From Erysipelothrix inopinata (GTDB lineage Bacteria > Bacillota_I > Bacilli_A > Erysipelotrichales > Erysipelotrichaceae): 32,000 nucleotides of DNA. Every line of letters begins with the position of its first letter. Within the stretch, counting starts at the first letter, position 1. Under the pieces are notes generated by a model. That model did no database searches. It saw only the letters and a list, made by a program, of their open reading frames with translations, and was not told the origin of the DNA. This document shows positions 7,630 to 15,270 of the stretch, in pieces. Both the position numbers and the translations under genes were made by a program. The stretch is from the NCBI RefSeq assembly GCF_014396165.1, contig NZ_CP060715.1:1920001-1952000 (forward strand), written 5' to 3'.

Positions 7630-9152
7630 TTGTCATCACCAGTTTCTTTAAGATAGTCAATCAAGAAACTCGTGTATTCTAAATTCTCTATTTCCTGATT
7701 CATATTCTGAATATCGGAGAGTTTTAGCGTTTCAATATGAGCTGCTTCATCACCAATTGTTTGTCTTAACTGTAATGGAACGGATTTATGTCGTGGTTTT
7801 TGACCGTAAAGAAGACCAATAATATCATAACTGCAGTATGTAGTAAGCGGTCCTCTAACGTAATCACTATCGTTGCTACGTATTTCTTCATAGTTCGTGA
7901 TACCTTCACCGACTTCTTTACTTCTGACAGACCATCCTTCTCGCTCTGAAAAGAATCCATAGCGGACTGCTTGAGACAAGATATAGTTCTGATCATCAGC
8001 ATTGGTTATGGAACTGATAAAGCCATCCCACAATGCCATAGTCAAACTCTTTTCTTCACCACAATTCCAGTTCTCTAGTACATGGATAATATTTCGAATT
8101 GAGAGTACTGCTTCACGAAGTTCAACAGTTGATTTACCATCAGCTTCAAATTCGCTAATTTTACCCATGAATACATTTTGTGTAAGACGACTTAACTGTG
8201 CAAATCGATATAATTCTTTCAAGGATTCCGGTCCATTAGGGAGTTGAATTGCACCTTCACGGTTGGCAAGAGTCGAAAGAATGACACGATAAAGTTCATT
8301 GTTAGTGTCATCAACATTGATATTTAAATCACCGACTAAATCTTGTGGTACGTAGTTATATTCAATCGTCACAAAACGAGATTGGAAGGCAGGATTTAAT
8401 TGATTTGTTCCTTCATATTGAACCATTTGAGTAGAAAGGTTTCCTGTACCGATGAAAGCAAATCCTTTCGCAATCTTAACAGGACCAATCCCCGTAATAT
8501 AGGCAGTTTGTCCTGCGTGACGTTGTAATAAGTCATTCAAGGCAATTAAGTTTTGCATCGCAATGGTATTTAGCTCATCAACAATAACAGGACGTCCTTG
8601 TCGTAATGCAATCAATATTTCTCGTTCTATTTTTTGAATGGTTGTACCAAAAGAGTTATTTTTAGCAATCAGTAAATCCGAAAAACTCTTCCATATTTGA
8701 ACCTTTAACTGAAGCTGTTCTTCTGGTTTTAAACCTACAATTTCATGTTCGTGATGTTGTAACCAATTTAAATAATCATCAACCATCGTATTCAAATACG
8801 ATTCAAAAGAATCACTTGAAAAGTTTTGTTCTAAGCTCAATGTCTTCTCCACAAACATATCTTCATAAGTTAAGTTATGAGAACCCGAAATAAAGAGTGG
8901 TTGTAAGGATTCAATTTCTTCTTCAGACCCCACTTCATAAATATGCTCGTAGTATGCTTTCCACTTCTCGTTCAGACGTTTAAACGCACATTTCGCATCA
9001 TCTTCACTTGCATTTTTATGCTCTTGAAACCATGCCTCAAGATCGTCTGCAAGATGATCATTGATTTTATTTTGAATGGTAAAGTCTACGGCAGATTCAA
9101 TCGCAATTTGTGTCTTTCCACTACCAAGATGTCCGACAAGATATACGGGCAC
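7626..9152 (-). CDS. AAA_5/MoxR-class ATPase, ATPase-containing fragment of a frame-interrupted gene
   Basis: Walker A GHLGSGKT (9111-9134), Walker B VIVDELN, sensor-1 IGTGN, NPAFQSRF, and a lid region with LREAVLSIRN. The track start is only a GTG inside the G-run where the frame changes. Confidence 0.8.
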   Translation of the reverse strand: MPVYLVGHLGSGKTQIAIESAVDFTIQNKINDHLADDLEAWFQEHKNASEDDAKCAFKRLNEKWKAYYEHIYEVGSEEEIESLQPLFISGSHNLTYEDMFVEKTLSLEQNFSSDSFESYLNTMVDDYLNWLQHHEHEIVGLKPEEQLQLKVQIWKSFSDLLIAKNNSFGTTIQKIEREILIALRQGRPVIVDELNTIAMQNLIALNDLLQRHAGQTAYITGIGPVKIAKGFAFIGTGNLSTQMVQYEGTNQLNPAFQSRFVTIEYNYVPQDLVGDLNINVDDTNNELYRVILSTLANREGAIQLPNGPESLKELYRFAQLSRLTQNVFMGKISEFEADGKSTVELREAVLSIRNIIHVLENWNCGEEKSLTMALWDGFISSITNADDQNYILSQAVRYGFFSEREGWSVRSKEVGEGITNYEEIRSNDSDYVRGPLTTYCSYDIIGLLYGQKPRHKSVPLQLRQTIGDEAAHIETLKLSDIQNMNQEIENLEYTSFLIDYLKETGDDN

Positions 9153-9709
9153 CCCAAATTCAGAGAATCAATAATCTTATGTTTCGTTTTTTGGACATAA
9201 GGTACAGCTACCAATCTTTGGTTTGCTTGCGACTCAATATCTTCCAGCCATTGACGTGAATAATAGAATTGCCATGCTTCTGGTGATTTTGAAATGATAT
9301 CTTTAATTTCTTGAGTATATGATGCGATTTGATCAACACGTAATCGTGTCGCATCAGTACTACGCATCGAAGCATTTCTTGACGGATCAAAATGATTTCG
9401 TTCCCAACTTAAGAAAAACTTTTGGTAAGCAATATCATTTTCTAGTGTTTCAATACGATCTTTTTGTGCATCAAATTCTTGGTTTAGATACGATTTGTAT
9501 TGAGGATAGAGTTTATGAAATTGTGGTTGCGATTGTTCTTGCGAATCAAACATACGAAACGTTGAGAAAAATGATTGGTCTTCACTGATATCGAGTCGTG
9601 TTTCACGCTCAATATTTTGACGTGCAACCAATCTCATATCTTCGATAAAATCAGCATCAAGGCTCTCTAGTGTCGTGATGTTTTCAATTTCTTTTTTGTT
9701 TTGAATCAT
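9086..9709 (-). CDS. N-terminal domain fragment of the same AAA_5 ATPase gene
   Basis: ATG 9709 has AAGGAGAG SD 8 nt upstream. The frame ends ...KIIDSLNLG, then 21 out-of-frame residues. Joined by a -1 shift it reads ...IIDSLNLG-VPVYLVGHLGSGKT, the normal strand-to-P-loop context. Confidence 0.7.
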   Translation of the reverse strand: MIQNKKEIENITTLESLDADFIEDMRLVARQNIERETRLDISEDQSFFSTFRMFDSQEQSQPQFHKLYPQYKSYLNQEFDAQKDRIETLENDIAYQKFFLSWERNHFDPSRNASMRSTDATRLRVDQIASYTQEIKDIISKSPEAWQFYYSRQWLEDIESQANQRLVAVPYVQKTKHKIIDSLNLGCPYILSDILVVERHKLRLNLP

Positions 9710-9725
9710 TTTTTTATCTCTCCTT

Positions 9726-9766
9726 AAAAAAAGTAATAGGACCCCGTTGACTTGGGATCCTATCAC
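9726..9766 (-). terminator. strong rho-independent terminator after ohyA
   Basis: 13-bp stem GTGATAGGATCCC/GGGGTCCTATTAC with two G-U wobbles, an 8-nt loop, then U7. The U-tract abuts the SD of the next gene. Confidence 0.8.
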
Positions 9767-9779
9767 AGGCAGATACGAA

Positions 9780-11573
9780 TTAGATTATTTTGTATTCTTT
9801 GAGTAATACTTCAACATCTGTATCTTTGATTTGTTTCATTAATTTACGACGAACAAGTGGAGGTAAGCTAATGTCTGGTTTTTCACCATCTAACAAGCTA
9901 ACACCTGCATAGAGTAAGTAACGAATATCATAACGTGAGTTATAAACTTCAGGAACACCTTTTTCAACACCTGTAAGAACGTATACAGCTTCCATAGCAG
10001 TACGTCCTGAGTATTCGATTGTAAATACAGTGTCACGTCCTGGATCGTCAAGTGTTTCTGCGAATTGTCCTAAGAATGCAAAGTTTACACCGTTTGATGG
10101 CACTACAAGAGGACGGTCACCGTCTTCACGAGGCATAAATTGTGATGTAATGTAAGGCATCATAACTGGAATAGCTGTACATGATTCTGCAAGTTCTTCG
10201 ATTTCATCGACAGGAACCCCAATGTGGTATAACCATTCTTTTGTGATTTCTTTACCTGTACAATCACGCATTGGTTTCTTGATATAATCTCCATCAACAT
10301 CTGAGAAGAGACCGTATACCCAAACAACAACATCTTTTTCTGGTTGACCATAATATTGTTCTTGACGGTTGATTGTCCAGCTCATTAACCATGATGAGTC
10401 AGCAGCTGATACGATACCACCTGTAACTGTTTTACCAGTATATGGAGAACGTTTTGTGATTTTTTCAATGTATTCTGGAACACGTTCATCATGACATGTT
10501 ACAGTACATGATTCCCAACTTGATTTTTCAGGATCACCACAGAATTTTTGTGGACGTCCGAATTCATCGGATTGTTTAGCAATGTTTTCCCAAAGTGTCC
10601 AACATCCCTTAGCTTCTTTAATGAATGGTGCTGGAGTATTATCATCACCGTATGCTGAACCTTCAGTCATGGAACCATTTGTAATGAATACTAAGTCATT
10701 TTCTGTAAGGTCGATTGAAATATCATTACCTTGTTTGTCTTTTGCGACAATCTTCTTAGCTACTTTTTTAGTAGGTGTAATATCAAATTCAACGTTATCT
10801 ACTGTAACACCATATTTGAATTGTGCACCGTTGTCTTTAAGGTATTTAACCATTGGTAAAACAAATGATGTGAATTGATCATGTCTTGAGAATTGAAGTG
10901 CTGATAAATCAGGAAGTCCATCAACGTGGTGAATGAAACGATTTAAGTATAGTTTCATTTCAAGAGCACTGTGCCAGTTTTCAAAGGCAAACATTGTTCT
11001 CCAGTATAACCAGAAGTCACTATTTAGAAGTTCATCTGAGAAGATATCTTCAATTGTTTTATCTTCAAGTGATTCATCACTCATTGCAACGAAGGAAGCA
11101 AGTTCTTTAGCTGCTTTTTGACCTAAGTTAAATTTACCGTTGTCATAGCGTTCACCTTGGTTTTTTGTAACACGGCAATTGCTAAAGTTTGGATCATCGT
11201 AGTTTGTATAATAGAAGTGATCTAACACTGACATGCTAGGATCTTCTGTTGAAGGTAAAGAACTGAAAAGGCTCCAAAGCACTTCAAAGTGGTGTCCCAT
11301 TTCACGTCCACCACGTGCAACGTAACCAGCGTTTTCACGAACGGCACCATCAAGTGAACCACCAGGTATATCAAGTTGTTCTAAGAATGTAATTTTACTT
11401 CCATCCATTTTCGCATCTCTAATTAAGAAACACGCTGCTGATAAAGCACCAATACCTGTACCGATAAGATAAGCTTGTTTATCTTCGATTCCTTCTGGCT
11501 TACGACTGTTTACAAGAGCATGGTATGAACCATTTGTAAGTGTAAGTCTTGGATCTTTTGTTTTTAATTCCAT
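9780..11573 (-). CDS. ohyA: oleate hydratase (MCRA family, FAD-dependent fatty-acid hydratase)
   Basis: NSRKPEGIEDKQAYLIGTGIGALSAACFLIRDAKMDGSKITFLEQLDIPGGSLDG matches the N-terminal FAD-binding region typical of MCRA/OhyA; about 597 aa. I chose ATG 11573 (GAAGGAAA SD) over the longer SD-less track start at 11615. Confidence 0.9.
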   Translation of the reverse strand: MELKTKDPRLTLTNGSYHALVNSRKPEGIEDKQAYLIGTGIGALSAACFLIRDAKMDGSKITFLEQLDIPGGSLDGAVRENAGYVARGGREMGHHFEVLWSLFSSLPSTEDPSMSVLDHFYYTNYDDPNFSNCRVTKNQGERYDNGKFNLGQKAAKELASFVAMSDESLEDKTIEDIFSDELLNSDFWLYWRTMFAFENWHSALEMKLYLNRFIHHVDGLPDLSALQFSRHDQFTSFVLPMVKYLKDNGAQFKYGVTVDNVEFDITPTKKVAKKIVAKDKQGNDISIDLTENDLVFITNGSMTEGSAYGDDNTPAPFIKEAKGCWTLWENIAKQSDEFGRPQKFCGDPEKSSWESCTVTCHDERVPEYIEKITKRSPYTGKTVTGGIVSAADSSWLMSWTINRQEQYYGQPEKDVVVWVYGLFSDVDGDYIKKPMRDCTGKEITKEWLYHIGVPVDEIEELAESCTAIPVMMPYITSQFMPREDGDRPLVVPSNGVNFAFLGQFAETLDDPGRDTVFTIEYSGRTAMEAVYVLTGVEKGVPEVYNSRYDIRYLLYAGVSLLDGEKPDISLPPLVRRKLMKQIKDTDVEVLLKEYKII

Positions 11574-11644
11574 TAAAAATTTCCTTCTTTCTTTTTCAAC
11601 GTTAGGAAACATCAAGCATCGATGATCAGTGCGCGCTGCACTTG

Positions 11645-11674
11645 ATGTCTCTAACCTTTACAAGACACATTATA
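11645..11674 (-). promoter_or_regulatory. candidate ohyA promoter -10 (TATAAT, 11669-11674) overlapping an inverted repeat ATGTGTCT-N10-AGAGACAT (candidate operator)
   Basis: Read on the minus strand: GCATATAATGTGTCTTGTAAAGGTTAGAGACAT. Arm match is 7 of 8. Confidence 0.3.
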
Positions 11675-11700
11675 TGCTCATTAAAAAAGAAGTCATTATA

Positions 11701-11740
11701 CAATAAAAACCCCATGTCCGATTTTTAGACACAGGGTTTG
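11701..11740 (-). terminator. rho-independent terminator of the degV-tetR operon
   Basis: AAACCCTGTGTC / GACATGGGGTTT stem (12 bp including 2 wobbles) followed by TTTTATT, 43 nt after the TetR stop. Confidence 0.7.
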
Positions 11741-11782
11741 AATTGTATAAATATTTGACACTTTGACCTTCGTGCCTAAAAA

Positions 11783-12361
11783 CTATAGTGATGCTTCACT
11801 TCGTTTCAAAGAGTTTTGAATGTTACCATCAAAGAGGTAACCAATACGATCAACGATTTCTTCAGGCTCTTCTTTCATGCCTGTTTCAATCCAACGAATA
11901 ACCATCGCTGTTAGTGCACACTGATAAAATGATGCAATCAATGAGCGATCACTTTCTAACGTATTCATCGCTTCATCTTCCGCAGCCTTATCAACATAAC
12001 GTTGCATCACACTTCCCGAAACTTTATAAATATAGTCAATCAATTCTTCTTGTTGCATTGAGTCATACACATGATAAATTGCGGTTTTATTATCAATTGC
12101 GAACCGAGCCGCATGAATAAAACTTTCTTCCCAAGAGAGAGTATCATTGTATTCTTCAATAACTCGTTCTAATTCAGTTTGAAATATCTCTGACAATAAT
12201 TCGTAGATGTCACTATAATAATAGTAAAATGCATTTCTATTAATATCACATGCGAGTGCAAGATCTTTAACCGTAATCTTCTTTAAAGGTCTCTCATTCA
12301 ACATTTTAATAAAAGCATCGTGTATTAATTGCTTTGTATATTGTTGTACCAATATAACCAA
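11783..12361 (-). CDS. TetR-family regulator, DhaS-like subtype
   Basis: ITVKDLALACDINRNAFYYYYSDIYELLSEIF is the same signature as the 2391 gene. The start is uncertain: TTG 12361 directly abuts the GAAAGG SD, while TTG 12352 has better spacing. Confidence 0.8.
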   Translation of the reverse strand: MVILVQQYTKQLIHDAFIKMLNERPLKKITVKDLALACDINRNAFYYYYSDIYELLSEIFQTELERVIEEYNDTLSWEESFIHAARFAIDNKTAIYHVYDSMQQEELIDYIYKVSGSVMQRYVDKAAEDEAMNTLESDRSLIASFYQCALTAMVIRWIETGMKEEPEEIVDRIGYLFDGNIQNSLKRSEASL

Positions 12362-12367
12362 CCTTTC

Positions 12368-13255
12368 TTAATCGATTCGCTCGTCTCCCCAGAAAAAGAG
12401 TGCAATTGTTCCCGGACCAGTGTGGCTTCCAATAGTCGTTCCAATTGAATTAATTTTAACAGGACCATCAAGATTTGGGAATTTCTCTTCAATTAATGTT
12501 GCAAGTGTTTGCGCTTCATCATAGAATGCTGATTGCGAAATAAAACATTTGCCACGATAATCAACGCCTTCTTGTGCATGATTTGTCATTTCTTCCAACA
12601 TCTTTCGTTCTACCTTCTTACGACCACGAACTTTATATTGAGGCGTTAATTGTCCCTTTGAGTTCATATTAAGTACCGGAATAATGTTTAAAGATGTCGC
12701 AATTGTTGCTTGTGTTTTTGTAATCCGTCCACCCTTAACATAGAATGACAGGTCCGTTGAGAAGAACCAGTGGTGCATCTTAAGTCTGTTGTCAGATGCC
12801 CATTGGTAAAGTGCTTCCAGTTCCATACCCTCATTTTTAAGATTTGCTAAAGTATCCATGAATAGACCATAACCCGATGAAGCACCTAAAGAATCCACTA
12901 AGAAAATTTTACGTTCAGGAAATTCTTCAAGTAGCAGTTCTCGTGCTATTTCAGCAGAATTAAAAACTCCTGAAAGGCCACTAGATAGACTAACATGAAG
13001 AATATCTTGACCTTTTTCTAAGAAAGGTCTGAAGTAATTCTCAAATTCTCCAGGACTTACTTGTGATGTTTGTGTTTCTGAACCTTCGGATAATCGTTTG
13101 TAAAATTCATCAAACGGCATACTCTGTCCTAAATCATCAACATACTCAACACCGTCAAGTGTATAGTGGAAATAGACTACATTGATATCTTTTTCCTTAA
13201 AGTAAGGTGCATCCAAATCCGCTGTTGAACAACAACTTAGTATATAATCGCTCAT
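12368..13255 (-). CDS. DegV family (FakB-like) fatty-acid-binding protein
   Basis: N-terminal STADL, C-terminal IGSHTGPGTIALFF; about 295 aa. AAGGAGA SD. Confidence 0.9.
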   Translation of the reverse strand: MSDYILSCCSTADLDAPYFKEKDINVVYFHYTLDGVEYVDDLGQSMPFDEFYKRLSEGSETQTSQVSPGEFENYFRPFLEKGQDILHVSLSSGLSGVFNSAEIARELLLEEFPERKIFLVDSLGASSGYGLFMDTLANLKNEGMELEALYQWASDNRLKMHHWFFSTDLSFYVKGGRITKTQATIATSLNIIPVLNMNSKGQLTPQYKVRGRKKVERKMLEEMTNHAQEGVDYRGKCFISQSAFYDEAQTLATLIEEKFPNLDGPVKINSIGTTIGSHTGPGTIALFFWGDERID

Positions 13256-13540
13256 ACTTTATCTCCTTATTTTCATATAATATACCTATTTTTCAACTCA
13301 AAAACGAAAGCAGTGACGTCAATGCAATGGCTATTGACTCCTTTCCCCACGAATCAATTTCCACTCCATCATAGATTTTCAAAATACAATATCTCAGATT
13401 TGAGAAACTACTTTACAAAATTTATATCGAAATAATAGATAATACCATTATAGCACGAAAAATGTTGATAACAATTAGGCTTGAACTTATTAACGAATTA
13501 TGCTTTAGTTAAATGTATTAGAAAGTACGGTGTATTATTA

Positions 13541-14119
13541 ATGTTTATTAAAAATGTTTTAGAAATTTGTGGCCTGTTTATGTTCACAGTTTCTGCTTTA
13601 ATGTATTTATTTAAAACTAAACCGATTGATTGGTTCAAGATTGCAAAGGTTGCTTCTGGTATTCCTATTATGCTTATACCAAGGTTTTTAGATCCATGGT
13701 GGTCACAAACATTCTCAGCACTTACAACCTCTGGGTATTACCTCTTCATTTTTGCTTCTGTTTGGGGTGGTGAAGTAATTGGTGCCTATGGGCGATGGAA
13801 GCATTTTGATTCTTACCTCCATTTTGGAAGCGGAATTCTCTTTGCTATGATGGCTTGGGAACTTCTTTCGATTCCATCTGTACAAATCCCTGTTGCACTT
13901 ACTGCAGTACTATCTTTCGCGATTGTCATGGCAATTGGATCAGTCTGGGAAATATACGAGTTCACTGTTGACCATTTCTTCGACCTTAACATGCAACGAT
14001 ATCGTGATTTCGAAGGCAATCAATTCATCGGTCAAGTCGCGCTTTACGATACGATGAAAGATATTATATGCAATGGCTCTGGAGCCCTACTCGGAGTGAT
14101 TATAAAACTACTAGTATAA
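13541..14119 (+). CDS. integral membrane protein (possibly DUF2238/YjdF-like)
   Basis: Several TM spans and a WEIYEFTVDHFFD...YDTMKDIICNGSGALLG tail. ATG 13541 is preferred over the TTG at 13481; the start is uncertain. Confidence 0.55.
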   Translation: MFIKNVLEICGLFMFTVSALMYLFKTKPIDWFKIAKVASGIPIMLIPRFLDPWWSQTFSALTTSGYYLFIFASVWGGEVIGAYGRWKHFDSYLHFGSGILFAMMAWELLSIPSVQIPVALTAVLSFAIVMAIGSVWEIYEFTVDHFFDLNMQRYRDFEGNQFIGQVALYDTMKDIICNGSGALLGVIIKLLV

Positions 14120-14150
14120 AAAAATCGGCTGATTCAATCAGTCGATTTTA
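14118..14150. terminator. bidirectional terminator between convergent genes
   Basis: A-run, then TCGGCTGAT-tca-ATCAGTCGA hairpin, then T-run. Confidence 0.65.
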
Positions 14151-14552
14151 CATTCTATCTTCTAAATCTTTCATTCCAAAACTTAAAGGCATGAGCTCCG
14201 CAATCGTTGTCGTCATTTCCTCTTTCTTATTTGAAAGATAAATGGGCGTATCCGACTCCAAGAGTTCTGATAAAACTTGGCGGCAAATTCCACAAGGACC
14301 CGCCAACAGTTGGCCATCCGTCACAATTGCAATACCCGCAATATCCTTTTGACGATAACCATGAGAATAACAAGCAAAAATAGCACTTCGTTCACCGCAG
14401 TTTGTTGCTCCATAGGATGCGTTTTCTACATTAGCTCCGATAAAGTATTGACCATCATGTGTTAATACGCATGATCCTACGCGATAATTTGAATAAGGCA
14501 CATATGCATTATTCATTGCTTCAAAAGCTTTTTCTAATAGTGTTTCTTTCAT
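14148..14552 (-). CDS. cdd: cytidine deaminase
   Basis: CGERSA and PCGICRQ zinc-binding motifs; 134 aa. Confidence 0.9.
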   Translation of the reverse strand: MKETLLEKAFEAMNNAYVPYSNYRVGSCVLTHDGQYFIGANVENASYGATNCGERSAIFACYSHGYRQKDIAGIAIVTDGQLLAGPCGICRQVLSELLESDTPIYLSNKKEEMTTTIAELMPLSFGMKDLEDRM

Positions 14553-14649
14553 ATTAGTTCCTCTCTTAGGTCTACATATTATAGCATCATATAGCGTATC
14601 TTAACATCTTTTTATGCCATTAGGCGTTATAATAAAAGGGGTGATATTT

Positions 14650-15270
14650 ATGAGTCAAAAACAAATCAATGAAATTCTGAATAAAATAGAAATGGATCAG
14701 GAAAATTCACAATTTAAAGCTATGGGTTGGAAACCCATTGTTTCTGTACATCCCAATGCCAAGATTTTAATTATTGGGCAAGCACCAGGTTTGAAAACCC
14801 AGAATATTGGGAGTGTATTTCATGACCAAAGTGGGGATCGCTTACGTGAATGGTTGGGTGTCACTGAAGCACAGTTCTATGATCCAGCACTATTTGCGAT
14901 TTTACCCATGGATTTCTACTTTCCTGGAAAAGGTAAATCAGGTGATTTGCCACCGCGAAAGAATTTCGCAACAAAGTGGCATCCACTCCTTTTGGAACAG
15001 ATGCCACATATCAAACTTACCATTTTGATTGGATCTTACGCCCAAAATTACTATCTCAAAAATCGATGTGAGAGAAATCTAACCGAAACAGTTCGTAATT
15101 TTAAGGCTTATTTGCCTCAATATTTCACGATTGTACATCCTTCACCTCTTAATAGACGATGGATGGCCAAAAATCCATGGTACGAAACAGATGTCCTCCC
15201 AATCCTTAAGCAGAGTGTTAAGGCTATACTAGAATCTGATAGCCCCCTTGTTGAAGTTTCTTCTCAATAA
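14650..15270 (+). CDS. uracil-DNA glycosylase superfamily protein
   Basis: IIGQAPG (motif A-like) and HPSPLN (motif B-like). ATG 14650 with AAAGGGGTGA SD is preferred over the track start at 14614. Confidence 0.7.
   Translation: MSQKQINEILNKIEMDQENSQFKAMGWKPIVSVHPNAKILIIGQAPGLKTQNIGSVFHDQSGDRLREWLGVTEAQFYDPALFAILPMDFYFPGKGKSGDLPPRKNFATKWHPLLLEQMPHIKLTILIGSYAQNYYLKNRCERNLTETVRNFKAYLPQYFTIVHPSPLNRRWMAKNPWYETDVLPILKQSVKAILESDSPLVEVSSQ

Noticed and set aside
13310-13325. Near-palindrome GCAGTGACGTCAATGC upstream of degV, considered as the TetR operator shared with ohyA.
   Set aside because: No related sequence occurs in the ohyA leader or upstream of the other DhaS-like gene, so a shared operator cannot be supported from this window.
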